From contig ML996698.1 of NCBI GenBank assembly GCA_010356995.1, positions 431,923 through 495,922 of the forward strand: a DNA stretch of 64,000 nucleotides, given 5' to 3'. Source of the DNA: Trichodelitschia bisporula (Eukaryota). Made by a program: the position numbers and the translations under genes. How positions within the stretch are numbered: position 1 is the first letter of the stretch; each line of letters opens with the position of its first letter. The notes beneath the pieces are model-generated. The model saw only the letters and a program-made list of their open reading frames with translations. It searched no databases and was not told where the DNA came from. Positions 23,203 through 39,999 of this stretch are shown here, in pieces.

Positions 23203-24701
23203 TGTGGGGATTGCCGGGGTAGTGTACGGAGTAGCCAGTGTCGAGGACGATGGAGGCACAAGCAGGTCAGGGAGTTTTAGTTGCGATTGTGGAGGATCTG
23301 ATGAATAACCTTACTGTGTAGTTGTGAATTTGCGAATGAGCTTGATGATCGTTATGCGGAGGGTCAAACAGAGCCTCAACAGCCTTCATTGGCGCCCTGC
23401 ATTAGTTGGGGGTGGTTCGGCTATTCTAGTTGGAGGACTGGCGCGCTCTTATTATGCGGACGATGCCCTGGGAGGACTTGACTTGACTTGGGGGGGGGGG
23501 GTTTTGGGGACCAGGATCCGGAGCGCCGCGCCTCTCCTCTCCGGTGACGTGCGCACGTGCGCACGCAGTGAGTAGCCGAGAGAAGTTTTGGACGAAAAAA
23601 GAGGATTGAAGGCATCAAGATATGGAGATATCAAGGTATCCTGTACGTATGTAATAGATTTGTCACGAAATCAAGACGTCCAGACGTGAGCGTAATGATA
23701 GGGCACCAAGGTATCAAGGCATCGATATATAAGGCAGAAAGGCAGAACGGTGGAAAAAAGGCATCAAAGCAGGAACAGCAGGACATCCCGGACCAATACA
23801 TTATCCGTCACCACACCTTCTTCCACTCCCCCCCCCCAAGGGTCCAACTTCAAAAGTCATGGCCGATACCTCTAAATATCTTTGTGGAGAGACGCGGCCA
23901 TGAGTTCTTCAGGTAGGCCCTTCCCATCCCTCCCCCCCCTCCCAAAGCCCCAGGCCAGACACCGAGCGTCCAAGTTCCACTTCCCCAAAGAAACTCAATT
24001 CCTTTCTCATCTCGTCCTCTTTCTCCACCTCCACCCCCCGAAATCTTCCCCATCAGCTTCACGACTCCCTCTCCTCCGTATAAAAATCCTTACCGTCTTG
24101 TACTGTCGAAGTCTATCTTCACCCCATTCTCTCCCGTCTTCGTGCTCCTTCCCAACTCCCTTCGGTTGCCGTGGGCTCGCTACTTTTGCCGGAATATCTC
24201 GTCCCTACATCCATCATCCCCCTCTCCTCCCACCTACGACGTACCTATTCCAATCTTTCGGGCTCCTCCAAAGCCAAGTCCACCACAGACCATCAAACCA
24301 CAGCTCCCGTCCCATATTCTCAAATCTACCCGTCGTGGTACAGCGGCTTGTGGCAGCCTGGCGCGTTGCCGACTGTCTGTCGCCCCGCCCCACCCTACGC
24401 CACAGCTCTCCTTTCAACGCAAACCCGCCGCATCTCTCGCCTGCGCGCCTTCCCCGAAAAAACCACTGGCAAACACCTCCATGTTCCCTTCGCACCACCA
24501 TGCTCAGCTGCTCGGTGCCAATACTTTCCTCTTCCCTTAGGCGGCTTTTCACTTGACTTCTGCGTTCGGTTGTTTGGAGAGTAACCTTTACTGCCACATC
24601 GGCTTGACATCCGTACAACACTTTCTCTGGGACGGCCGCGACCTTCCTTCATTCACGTCTCCGCAACAGCTGCTTGTAAAGCATTAGCACTCTCTACGAA
24701 A

Positions 24702-27437
24702 ATGTTGCCGCCTTCAGAAACCACAATGGTAAAACCGTCATTCGCAAAGGTACTTGGCGTTAGGCCATTGCCCCTCTAAGAGCAGAAGGCTGATGGTCAA
24801 TCTAGGTTGCCTCGTCTGGCTATGTACCGCGCGGTACATCGCATAGTCCGACCAGCAAATCTAGCTCGAACCCCTCTGTTTCCGTGACCGGCGCCCTGCC
24901 GATAGTGTTCGGCTCGCTCCACGAAGTCTCTGATGACGCTGCGAGTCCCGTCTCCTGCGACAGTCCTGCAGATAAGGATACCAAAGAAGACACGCGGACG
25001 GCCAGTGAGAAGCCAGGTGACCTTTGCCCACCCGGTGCCACTACCGGCGGTAGGCTCCACGTTGCCGATGATGGTTCGTCAAAGGCATTGCCTACCGACG
25101 ACAGCAGCACCCAGGTGTCCTCGTCGGACGGCTCGGCAAAACTGCCTAGCTTCGATAACAAGAGCGTTGCTTCGGGTACCACATTTGGCTTGGATGAGAA
25201 AGAGTCTATTCGCCCGGATGATAGCGCAAGCATCAGGGCGGTAGAGGAAGAAGACATGTTTTCAGCCACAGGTTCTGGTGCTCCCGGCTCGCGAGTTGGC
25301 TCTGACAGTGATGCCCGGGCTTTTAGTGATCAACTTAGGGAGATCGCAGTCATGGGCCCTAGCCGAGGCGTTGCCTTAGACCAGTTTCAGCCCGCTGTTA
25401 TTGCCAACACTAACGTTCCTTTCGATCCTGCCGCTGCCGCTACACACCAGGCCAATGGCAACGATGTCTCCGCATCTCAGACGCTCGGTGTACCGACGCC
25501 TGATGAGAAGCTTGTTGAAGCCCTGGAATCGCCGCGGGATCGAGTCTACGTCCTCAAAATCGAACAGGACGTCATCGATTTCTTGAAGTATTCCAAGTAT
25601 GTATCAACCTTCCGGCATTGAAAACTAGTGCTGATAATCTGTAGGGACTCCCAGCTTCCTCTGCCTCAAACGAACGCCTTCTACCGAATGCTTGCTCACC
25701 GGCTCGCGGACTACTATGGCTTGGAACATACAGTAGAGCACAGCGGAAGTGGTGCTGCTGTCGTGATCACGAAAACCGGCAATAGCAGAATGTGTGTACA
25801 TGTCCTTTATGCTTTCATGATCGCTGCTAAGTAGATTCAGGCCAGCACCGCTTACTGGATTTTCGACTCCTTCGACCGTGGCGAACACTCCTCCCCCTGC
25901 TGTTCAAGCGCGGAAGATCATGCGCCGAGGTGGCGATACCAAAGGGAATTCGGGGCTCTCAACAGCTTCCAACTCCGAAGTGCCATCAAAAGCAACTTCA
26001 GAAAACGGAGGCGACAGTAGCAACAGTGATGTTGGCCAAAACGCCTCAGGAGATGCCAAGTCCAAGATGACCCGTGAGGAACGTGAAGCCAAGTACGCAG
26101 AAGCGAGACAGAGAATCTTTGGCAATGTCGATGAGAACGAGGCCGACGCGAAGGACACCGGAGATAATGGCAACTCACGGTCGAGCTCGACAACCGGCAA
26201 GAAGAAGACGAAGAAGCAACGGAACGACAACGATGATTTCGAACCACGTTCCCAAATGCAGACTTACTTCCCGCAACACGCGCAGCCAAATTACCCTACT
26301 GAAGGATACTACTACCCTCCAGCGCCCAACCAGCAATTCGGGCCTCATTCCTCCCCTAATTCTCCGCCAGTAGGGTATCCGCATGGCTTCTCACAAATGG
26401 ACGCCCAGCCTCAGTTTGGATGGATGGGGCCGCAGTACGGAGTGCCCGCAGCCGGTCTTGGGATGCAGTCGTATCCGCAACCTGGTGCGCCCAATTTCGA
26501 TATCTCTGCGCAGTTCCAACAAGCGATGCAGACATTCCAAGGTGCTAGCCCTCCAAACCGGCTCCCAGCGGGGCCTATGAGTGCCCCAACCAATGGCTAT
26601 AATGGTCAATACCCAGTCCAGCCTCAGCAAGTTGGCCCACAGTGGCAGCCTGGAGTGTACGATTCTTCCTTTCAGTATGCCCAGCATGGATATGTGCAGT
26701 CATTCCCAGATCAGTCCCGGATGGCCCCGATGCATCCGCAACATGTCCCTTACCCTTATGGACAGTTGCCGAATCCCAGCCTACAGAATGGCAAGATGAC
26801 CAAATTGGCACACCCTCTTCCTGGCAGCTACAACCGACCACAGTTCAACCCGCAGAGCCAGACTTTTGTGCCTGGTTCAAGACACCCCCAAGGAATGCAT
26901 ATGCCGGCTCCTGGTATGCCGCCCTTCAACGGCTACCTCATGCCGAACCATTTCCAGGCCGGCGCACACCATAGATCTACGCCGCCAGCGTCAAATGGGT
27001 CGACGTTCGGTTCTCCTCGGAATCACCATCCGATCCCCACCTCCCACACGTTGCCTAATCACGGCAACCACATGAATACGGCCGCTCACTCCCCGCCTGC
27101 GCCTTCCTCATCGATGCCGCCGTCTGCGGCCTCGAGTGCAGGTTCGTCGGTGACAGCCAACGCGCAGCAACAGCAGCAGCAGCAGGGCCAACCCCATCCG
27201 CTCCCGCAACCCCCAAATCCTGCCTCAAGTATTGCGAAGTGGGGAACTCCCGCCCATCTGCCACCAAAGCCGCCTCCGCCGTCATCGATGCAACCTCAAA
27301 AGTTCATCGAGCTTAACCCGGGGCTGCAAAATTTCCCAGGCTTGCCGAGAATCGTGGCTCCTAGCGCGTTTGGAGGGCCGAACGGTATGGGTACTAATGG
27401 TAGTGTCAATGGGGTGGGCAGAAATGGTTCTAAGTAG
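24702..27437 (+). CDS. R3H and SUZ domain RNA-binding protein (Rbs1/encore-like); 4 exons
   Basis: Introns 24750-24805, 25597-25644 and 25792-25840. R3H motif NAFYRMLAHRLADYYGL, SUZ motif REEREAKYAEARQRIF, Q/P-rich tail. Confidence 0.88.
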
Positions 27438-27959
27438 GACTGAGTGCGGGGTGGCTGCGTAGGTTGGTGTTCATGGGAACGGTGTGGGAATCAAAACTGG
27501 AGGAGTCTTTTGGGCTGGGGTTCGGTTATGATTGATTGTGTGTAGTTCTTAGAAAGGTACTGGATAGTCTTTTCACCTGCCAGTTTCGTGTCTTCTGCCC
27601 TGTTAGCATGTGCTGCCTGGTACAGATACACTCTCCACATAATGAAATCCACTGAGCTATCAAAAGGTTGGGCTTCATAGCCGTACGGCGCTGTCAACTG
27701 ACGTCCATATTGCTTGAAATTGTTACCAGCGACTAAACTATTCCTCAGACGCGAGCTGATGTGCGACGGCCGAGATGACATGGCCAGTTATGAAAGTACT
27801 GGCCGGCTATTTTGCTGGTATCCCCGATCAAAACAACCCACTTCTTTCCAGCTAACGGCATAGGAGCAAATCTCAATGGCATTTCATGACGACTACGCTA
27901 GTCCTACAACCCAAAGCTCATCCCCGCACTCTTCATAGTCCCCGGCGTCCTACTGTCTA

Positions 27960-30681
<2,722 letters not shown>

Positions 30682-31570
30682 CCTGGCTGCCCGCCTTTGG
30701 CTGTGCGCAAGCTATATGCCGAGCAAGATGGGTCTGTGTATGCACAGATGCGGCGGGGTGCGGTGATGATGTGTCAATGACGAGCGCAGTGCAATTCCGT
30801 ACGAGGTGCAGCCTGGTGGCCGAGGGGAAGATTTGAAAATCAGAGGAGCGAGCAGCTAAGATTTGGAGCAGACGTAAAAGAGAATGATCAGTGTTCCATT
30901 GCGACTACAGTGTCCACAGCTGCCACATGCTTGGCGATACCATGGACCGCCCGGCAGAAGGTTATCCGGAAGAACAATCTTCCGGTTGCGGTGGATTTTC
31001 CTATAAAGTTTCAGCCCATCAACAGAACTTCCTTTCCTTAAGATTCACGCCAGCAATATGATTCACATTACTGCGGCAGCCTGATATTCAGTATCGGTGC
31101 TGTTTTCGCGCTGAGCGGAGATGAATTCAACCCATGGCTGGGCGCCTGGCTTCAAGAGGCCGTCATGGTCTTTGTGAGATGCTAGGAATCAGCAGCGGTT
31201 ACAATCCTTCGTGCGCCCTCTCGGGTTTCCTGGCACTGTAGCTGGCCCGGAAATTGCGAGGCTTGCAAGGGCAACCGCAAGTTTAGTTGAGCTTCAGTAC
31301 ATCCGTAGTATGTATTTTTGAGGGCTGGGGCGTTGACGATGAGGGATGGAGCCCATGGCCCCGTAGGATCGCTGTAAAGCAACGTATAAGATTGCATAGG
31401 AAAATACATTGAATTGCATCAATGCCATTCTGAGAAACTCGATCGCTGTCCGTCCTAATAATCATGCCCAGATTCCCCGACGGTCTGCCACCGTCTTCAA
31501 ACTACCAACGCCATACGCTATGCAAGTCCATGCGGCTTCGACCACCTTCTACCACGTAACCACTCATCAT

Positions 31571-32058
31571 CTACGCCTGCTCCTTCTTGGAGGCAGGCTT
31601 GGGCATTTTCTCATATGCGTTGGGGCTGGGCTTCCTCTTCCCCTTCCCATGATTGTGGCCATGTCTATCCCTCCCACCACCGACTGGTCTTGCGCGCCCA
31701 TCATCGTTGCCGTCCGAGTCTTCGCCATCGCTGTCTGATGATTCATCCGACGACTCGTCATCAGGACCGCGCGGCTTGTGATAGATGCAACAAACTACAT
31801 GGTGTTAGCTAAACATCCATTACGCTTAGGGGCTAGGCAACCTTTGGACGACTTCTTCCCCATCCCCTCATTGTCCACAACGTCTTCAGCCCACTGGATA
31901 TGCCGCTCCTCAGCTGTACCCGTTGACGAGCTGGCCCGTAGCCGTAGAGTACCGGATGTGAGCGTGAGCGGAGTCGCAGGCTGCGAGACAGACCCGGTTG
32001 TCGTAGTCGAACTGCCGCTTATGGCAGCTTGATTTAAAGGTCCCGCTTGCGTTGCCAT
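31571..32058 (-). CDS. YPI1: Type 1 phosphatase regulator Ypi1 (inhibitor-3 family); 2 exons
   Basis: [28 protein letters not shown] and [10 protein letters not shown] motifs. Intron 31841-31795 (GTTGCC..GCTAAC..TAG). Confidence 0.93.
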
Positions 32059-35027
32059 CTTCCGATAGAGAAATATAGTGGGGGAATGATCTGTGAAGAG
32101 CGCTGCTAGGCTTCCGACAAGCCTCCGTTCGGTAGAAGGATGCGGCTGGCAGGGCGAAAGAAACGTCAATTACTCAGCTTTCGCCACAGCACTGTCAGAG
32201 GTGCAAGACGTAGAGGACATACGTATGAGAGCGATTGCCCGTTTTAATCCGGTGGCTTTTGCTTCACGGTCAGAGGTTGCTCATGTGCGATCGAATCTGT
32301 AAAACGGTGTTTGTACGATGGCAAAGGTGATGTTGCCCAGAGCACCAGGTTGCCCCGCGCTTGGCTCGGCAAACCCACCAAGTCGAGGGCCTGCCTCCAA
32401 CGTCACTTAGCCGATATCTCCAAAGAGCCTGAATCAAGCTCTTTGTTCTCTTTGATACACAACAGGAAATTCGGACGGGAATCGCAAGTTAGCAATGTTT
32501 CTCAGTCTTCGATTTCGCTCAGCCTGATGCCACTCAATCTGGTTAGCTGCCAGTTTTTGAAGTGTCGACGGTAACGATGACGGGCGACTGCGCTTATCGG
32601 GGCTCGTCCTCCGACCCAGAATAGTTCGGCTCACCAGGCGTTGCACGCAAGGAATATGCATGATGCCTTTACTTCATGGAGGATACTGGTTCTTCTCATC
32701 GCATGCTGAGAATGAAGGGTGGATTTTCCTAGGCTTCCCTACTTTTAATCAACTGAAACGCACCCACGCCAGCTGCCTGTTACGGAAACTCGACACGGAT
32801 GCTTTGCAGAGCAAGGAAACGGCCGGTCTCAGTAATCGAGTGCAGCAATCGATGTTTACGTCGTATTCCGCATCCCGAACATGCCTCACAAAATGAACAC
32901 CAGATGTCGATTGACGTCCTTAAGAATAATAGGAAACGCCTTAGGACCTTCAACGGGACATGTGCAGCTCCTACGGCTCCAAAATCGAGGACACTTTCCA
33001 AGCGAAATTGGAGATGTTTGAACTGCACAGCCTTCTCCAGCCTCTAGCGCTCGAGGCCAGGGGGCTGGAGGAAGCCAGCGGTCGCAGAAGGCTGCCGAAC
33101 GGGAAGATGACAACAATAGCACTGCGATTGCTCGACTGCAAGTTCATGAGAGAGCGGGTGAAAAGGTCCAGATCAGATATGACGGAATTACTGTGTACTG
33201 TGCGGGTTTATTGCACCTAAAGCATATGGAGAGCCAAGTTTTATAGATGGCGGGATGCGTTGCGCCGTTGAAACGTTTCCCATCTTTGCTCGAATCAGGG
33301 CCCAAGGCCTCCAACAGGCTTTCTCGGCTCCCCCCATCGTCAGAAGCTAAGGGCCCGGTTTTACAGGCGTGCTCTTTATCAGGGGGAACGGGCTACATAA
33401 GCAATCAACAAGGACCCCGGGGACATGGGATCCACCCGCCATCCGTCATTCCACGGCTTCACGCCAGTCCTGCGGTCCGTTGCCATACTTTCAAGCCCAG
33501 TGCGGGTCGGGCGTATGAGCCCTGATGTTTGAGGCACAGCGGTTGGCCCGCGACGATAGGCCCGGCGCGCTGTGGCTCGGTCCAGCCGATAATAGTTGCG
33601 CCGTTCCTGACTAAACCGCTTTGGGATGGCTTCATTTGCGCGTCGTCCTTGAACCTCCAACCAAGGATATTCGCGTCCATTTCGGCAGCATTGCCTTTTT
33701 TCGCGAAGTTCCGAGATGCAGGTCGAGGTTGGAAAAGAAGAGATGATTGCAGCGGGTCAGTGAGGGTAAGGCAGCGCGCACATAGCTGGAGATGCTGGTG
33801 GTGATGATGGTGATTATGTCGAATGTACGGAGGTATTGTGTACTCCGTAGGCCGCGAGTGATGAGGGTAACAACGGACCAATGTCCGGCCGACTGTTAGA
33901 CGCGCACCCATAGTACGTTGGTACTTACGGTACCTCAAAGCCATGAATGGGATAGTTAAGGACTTGTGCTGGTAAAGGAGAAAATGCCTGTACCGTCCAC
34001 CAAGTGCGCCAAGTACCGTATTTGCTGTGCACAGGAGGCATTATCAAAGTCTTTCACTCGCCACGATGTATAGTACTGCGTGTACCTCCGTATGCTCGCT
34101 CCCTTTGATCTCTCTGTCTCTCTTTTTCACTCATCTTCGCGCTTCAGCGCCGACTGGTATCGCCAGGCATGGGAACCATTCATCCAAACAGCCAAGTGCT
34201 CGCCATTTCAACGGCCTTGACCTCTCTAGGCCAAGACTGGGATGGTGCCGCGCGCCACTTTTGTCTGCACGAACATATTTCAATGTTGAGTGCCAATCAG
34301 GAGGTCGCCGTTCCTGAATGGGACCCCTGTCTACCGGCGAGGCTTTGCCTTCCTCGCAGCGACAAGACTCGCACAAGCTCGCAGGTCCCTCCGCCACTCC
34401 CCACCCCAGTCCCCACGCACACGCCCACGCCTGACGCCTTCCTCTCACCCTCAGGCTCTACGAGTACCCGTGCACTCACCATCTCCCTCCCCCTTCTTCG
34501 GCTCCCAGAAGGCCGAAGAAGCCCCATCTCCTTCTCTTCCTCCGTTCATCCCTCCTTCCGTCCCAGAACTTCGAACCTAATTAATATCGTCGCTCGTTTT
34601 TGCCGCGCCACCCTCACCCTCTGTCACTCGTTTTGCCTTGCGCAACTTTACAAGCCTACCCAAGTCATTCTTTTGAAAGCGGTGCTTACAACCCTCTCCT
34701 TCAGGTCCCAAAACGTACAATCAACCTACGAACTCCCAACGGAACCGACACTCTTTGTTGTACACTGCGTCTTTGACCTTCACTTCTCCACGTCGACTAC
34801 ATTCCTTCGTCGTCGTGTCATCTCAGGACGAGCGTACCATTTACGGCCCTCCTTAATAACGACTTCATTGAACGCTCAAAATAATCCGCCCGATATCCTT
34901 TCGCGGTTGACTCTGCGACATCTTATTCCACGCTACCCGCTTTCATATCCACCACTGTCCAGTCCGTCGCTCGTCAGCTTCATGTTCTTGTGAAAGTCGC
35001 TCTTCGGTTCGGAACAAGAGGAAAAAG

Positions 35028-37440
35028 ATGGATCGCGGAACGCTCCCTATCCCGAGGATTCGGGGTCTGCGGAGCATCTCCAGTGCAGCGCAATTGGGGA
35101 ATGGCGGATTGTCTGGGCTCGCGTCTAGTGCCTCATTTTTTCAGAAACGCTCGCCCTCTTCCAGTTCAGCTTCTGCTTCCCCGACCTGCACCCACACCGA
35201 CGATTCAAACACATGCCAGAAGCCTACGGACACCACTGGCGTTCTACCAATTGTTCTCGCGGTTGTGTACGTTGTCACACAAACATCATACCAGACCGCA
35301 ATTGCTAATATGTCACAGTCTTCCCGTGACGGCCGCTGTAATCGTCATCATCTTCTTGCACCGAAAATACAAGAAGCGATTGCGGAAGGAGGATATCGCC
35401 GATGAGGAGAAGTACAGGTCTATGGATTTTGGCATGGATCTCAGCTTCGGCCGTCAGGGCAAGAAGGGAGGCACCGAGATGAAGGAGACTGGACCGACCC
35501 GGAAGCATATGCGCGGGCTTTCGATTGAGAACAACAGCCCTTATCTCTTTCCTGGAGTTAACGACTCGAGGGAATCTTTCAACTCCCTTGCACGCTCTGC
35601 TTTGGATGCCGATCATCGCTACCGCCCGACAGGTTTCACAAAAGGCGACGACATGTCTATCCACGGCTCTATCCGCTCCCCCAGTCCCGCCACTGGCCGC
35701 CCCAGGCGTGACACGGAGTCTACCGCTGCCGGATCGACTTTTGATACAACGCCCAACGCAAACCTTCTGCACAACGCTCAGGCCAACCCAAAGTCACTCC
35801 CTCCGCGGGGCGCTTCCTTGGATTCACCTCCTGTGAAGGAACCCATGAGGAAGCCCGCCCCCGCCAACACTACGAGTAGCAGCCTCGCCCCAGCGCCGAC
35901 TGAGGTAGGACGCGAGTCGTTTATTGATAATGCTGCTTTCCGGAAGAGCAATGCCTATCTGGCTAAGTTCATCCACAGCCGTGACACTTCAGTCGACGAC
36001 AAGGGTACGCCGAAGCCAGAGCCTCAACACTCGGAAGGTCTTGGTCTGGACGCTTCTCAGTTCTCCTTCGAGACTACCAACTCCGCCCCGCCCATCCAAT
36101 CCACCGCTTTAGACATAGGCATCGCCACCACCACTCCTGCGGCTGAGCCGGCTTCTGACACTCGCACTGCCAAGTTCCAGTCGATGCAGGCTTCCATTCA
36201 TGGAGCGAATACGAACAGTTTTGTCAGTACGTCTAGCTATGGCGAGGCGTTCAAGATTACCCCTCCCAGCCCGACTCGGGATTCGACGTCGACCTATGCC
36301 ACCATCCCCAACCGTGGGCAATCGCTTGCGATGCCGGGAGGCATGCCGGGGATCCGCGAGCACCCCGCTGGTGACGATGAACGCAATACGGGCGATCGGG
36401 CCAGCCGTCTCGGTAACAACATGGACTCCTCTCAGCAGCGTCTGAGCATTGTTGTTCGACCCCTCCCACCAGATGACCCGACCGAGAACCCGGAGGAGCG
36501 TGCCAATCGCATCCGCTCCTTCTACAAGGAATACTTTGACGACTCTGGCAAGCACACGTCCATGGCCCCGGCCGGCATGGCCCAGGGCCCACCTCAAAAC
36601 TTCAATGCCGGAGACTACTACGAGGACTATGGCCAGGAATACATGAACAGCAACGCGACGGTGTACGACCATGAAGCTCGCGGTTTCGTCGTCGCCGCGA
36701 GGCCTTTCGCCCAACCTATCACTCGTCGCGCCATGACACCGCCGCCTCGCGCACCTCCCCGCTTCCGCGGTGGTTCTACGGCTAGCGCTGGCCCTAGATT
36801 CCACGGCCAAATGACTCCTCGCGGACAATCTGTAATGTCATTTCGTGGGCCGGGCTCGCCAGCACCTTCTTCAGGTTCTGGATACGAGCGCGGTCGCCAG
36901 CCGAAGAAGAACCTGCCACCTCCTGCGCCGCTCATCAGTCTCAAGAGCCCCCATTTGATGAAGGACGATAGCGCTCTTTTCGCCGCTTTCGATCTTGCTC
37001 CCCCTGCTACTTACCGCGATCGCCAAAACGGACGCCGTCCTGATAGCCCGCTTGGTGTCGAAAGACCATATTCCCCGGTTGTCAAAGCTCACGTACCGCT
37101 AGCAGGCAGCTTTGATGATTTGGCGATGATTCCTAGTCCGTGAGTATTTTCCAAATCGATATTGTCCTGTGGATAACGACTAACCAACTACAGTCATTCG
37201 CTTCGGAGGTCGGGTACATTCACGGCGCTTGACTTCGCACCGCAACATCGCTTCCGGAATGCCGATCCTGGCTCTGATGCCGCCTCAATTCGGTCAGGAC
37301 ACAGTGGCATGTCTAACCAGCAAGTCTACGCCTTGCGCGCTGGGGCCTATCGGGTCAGCCGTGTACCAAAGGAGCTTGCAGGAACAAAGGACGACATCGT
37401 TGCCGAGTTAACCAAGCCGAGCTGGAAGCTGGGCTACTAA
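35028..37440 (+). CDS. Conserved fungal single-pass membrane protein with long disordered cytoplasmic tail; 3 exons
   Basis: ATG at 35028; introns 35267-35318 and 37140-37193. TM segment followed by LHRKYKKRLRKED; motifs RPLPPDDP..RANRIRSFYKEYF and LRRSGTFTALDFAP. Confidence 0.82.
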
Positions 37441-38336
37441 CTTCTGTCACGATCCTGGGGATTCTCCGGCCTTATACTCCTTTCCTTTGAGGGCTGTTGT
37501 GCTGCAATCTGGCGATATTTGGCGTGGGTGCATCGAAATAAAGGGTTTCTTCTTTGGGAGATTGATGGACCAGGTTTCGAAGGACAGTGGTCATTCGCAC
37601 CGGACGAGAAGTTTCTCTGTTCATGAAAGAGCAGCCCTCGACGGATTGAAAGCAAGAGGAGGGTGGGTGTTGAATTTGACGACTCCGTGCATATGCTGGC
37701 TATGTGGAGGTTCTGCGAACCTCGTCCTCTCAATTTTCCATGTTCTGTTGTTGATGAGAGGAGTTGCTTCGCTGGCTTTTGTAGATGGCAAGGCGCTTAG
37801 ACGTACATACTGCTAGGAAAGGAAGGTGGGGCGTTGTACATAGTGGCATGGTCTCAAGGGACTGTGCCGAGTGGCGTTACAGATGTTCTTGAGATGGGTG
37901 CCGGGACATTGTGGATGGATACTTCGACATCTCTGTTCCATACTCGGTACAGATAATGTGAGCTAGTGTTTATACCTTCTGCAGTTCGACTGCTGCGTAA
38001 GTGATTACGGAGAGTTATCTGGGTTTTGGGTTCTCCACATCGACCTACCATTTCCCCTCTGCCTCTCAGACGCTGGTTGATATCACGTGGGTCGATCCCA
38101 CCGCCTAATCTCGAGTCCTTCATCTGGGCTCTCCAAGATGCAACACACAGCGTACATTATCCAAGTAAGCTTCAATTAACCTCGGTGTGCTTGAGGCTCA
38201 GATCTAATGTATTCCCTCAGTGGCCATTTAGAAGGCTCAGATCATCCTTTCTTCGTGACGGAAACTTGCTTCCTCACCAACAACCGGACGCCAGGCCTTG
38301 ACACCATCGCCCCACCCTACCAGTATTTGGCGCCAG

Positions 38337-39383
38337 ATGCAGCCTTTTCATTCATCGGTACAAAACCTTAAACTTGTCCACCTTCGATCACTTCTCACTC
38401 TTCTCGGTGGCCAAATATCTGGGACAAAGTCACAGCTCCAGAAACGTGTATTCGATGAACTCAATGTCGCCAAACTCGCGCTCCACGCGCGAAAACGAGG
38501 CTCAAATAGCGCACCCATACGGCTTCTCAGTATAGACATGGGGATACGCAACTTAGCCTTCTGTGTGTGCGACATAGACCTCCCCGCCACCTCTCCCGAC
38601 ACAACGGCAGTGCCAAAAGTCACACTCTATGCCTGGCATCGTATCTCGCTCCTTCCTCCTGAGCCGGAAGGGGAGATACCTCCCACAGCCTCGGAAAATT
38701 TCTCCCCACCGGCTCTCTCCCGTACGGCACTTAATCTCCTTACAAGCACGCTGCTACCTTACGCGCCAGACACAATCCTAATTGAGCGCCAGCGCTTCCG
38801 CACTGGGGGTGCCTCAGCCGTGCAGGAATGGACGTTGCGCGTCAACATGTTGGAGTCCATGATGTGGGCTATCCTCACAACATTGAAGACTATACAGGGA
38901 GGAGGCCCCCTTCAATCCTCACCCTCCTGGGAAATTTGGCCTGTGAATCCGAGACAGGTAGCTCAATTCTTTGTCGCAGATATCGTGGGTATAAGCGATG
39001 GTAAGAAGTCAAAGAGCAAGGCGGAGAGGGGGAAGGCAGAGAAAATTGCTGTCGCAGCCGCTCTTATTGCCGGACAGGAGCGTCGGGAAATAAAACTGAC
39101 TATTGGGGACGGAGTACAGAGCTTGGTTGGTTCCTTTCTGGCGAAGTTAACGACCAAAACGAAGCGCCAGGCTGCCCCTCGACAAGCGCATGCTACACCT
39201 ACATCAGTCCTTGAGGACTTAGAAAAACCTAGCGAGATTGGGAAGCTGGACGACCTCGCGGATTGTTTGCTCCAGGCGTCGGCTTGGGTGACGTGGGAGC
39301 GGAATCGCCGAGAACTGCTGAAGCTCCAGAAGGCTGGGATACATTATGAAGCTTTAGTTGAATGGATTGGAAGACGAAAATGA
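38337..39383 (+). CDS. CCE1: Mitochondrial Holliday-junction resolvase Cce1/Ydc2
   Basis: N-terminal SAP-like segment (LRSLL..ISGTKSQL) and catalytic motifs LSIDMGIRNLAFC, ILIERQR and KLDDLADCLLQ. Confidence 0.9.
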   Translation: MQPFHSSVQNLKLVHLRSLLTLLGGQISGTKSQLQKRVFDELNVAKLALHARKRGSNSAPIRLLSIDMGIRNLAFCVCDIDLPATSPDTTAVPKVTLYAWHRISLLPPEPEGEIPPTASENFSPPALSRTALNLLTSTLLPYAPDTILIERQRFRTGGASAVQEWTLRVNMLESMMWAILTTLKTIQGGGPLQSSPSWEIWPVNPRQVAQFFVADIVGISDGKKSKSKAERGKAEKIAVAAALIAGQERREIKLTIGDGVQSLVGSFLAKLTTKTKRQAAPRQAHATPTSVLEDLEKPSEIGKLDDLADCLLQASAWVTWERNRRELLKLQKAGIHYEALVEWIGRRK

Positions 39384-39999
39384 GTCACAAATTTTCATGC
39401 TTGGCCATATGACGCGAATCCTAGACCCCTACTTGGATTTCAGTTCGTTGGATGGATTAGGGACTCCGCTAGGGAGCGTTCCCTTGTTGCTGCATGATTG
39501 TCGGGATCGGATACGATGACTAGATATTAGCAGCTTCGTGTAGACTTTGCTCTTTCGACCAGTGACGGCTGCTGTGTCACGCTCGGCATGAGCAGCTACA
39601 TAATGCGCTTAACCTTTTCATGAGGATCACCAGTCTTATCATGAACACTAGGCTGAAGCTCTGCGCCCCACGACAAGCCCTCGTGGCCCTGTCATAAACG
39701 GTGGCGACCACGGGTTCCTTGGCATTGAAAGAGGGCAAAACATTTTAAGATGGAGACGGTACTGTGTAATGCCAGCGTGGAGACTGCTCTCCTTAATGAA
39801 GCTAATAACATCCTCTGCTTCTCACTCTGGGTGTGGCCATTTGTTTAGCTGAATACTCAACGACTGGCACTTTGCCAATATTGCCAGCACCTAACCCTGT
39901 AAGAACCATAACTAGAGGTCACCGGTGAGTCTTCAGTGCGATATACCCTTTACTCTTGCTGATGGTAATTTCAGGCTGAAAGCCAACAAGTCAACGGCC

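Noticed and set aside
32420..32620. GGAAATTCGG resembling fungal RNase P CR-I, with a nearby hairpin
   Set aside because: No convincing CR-II to CR-V or closing helices.
34169..34993. 274-aa ORF upstream of the membrane-protein gene
   Set aside because: C/T-rich leader-like sequence depleted of stop codons, with no protein features.
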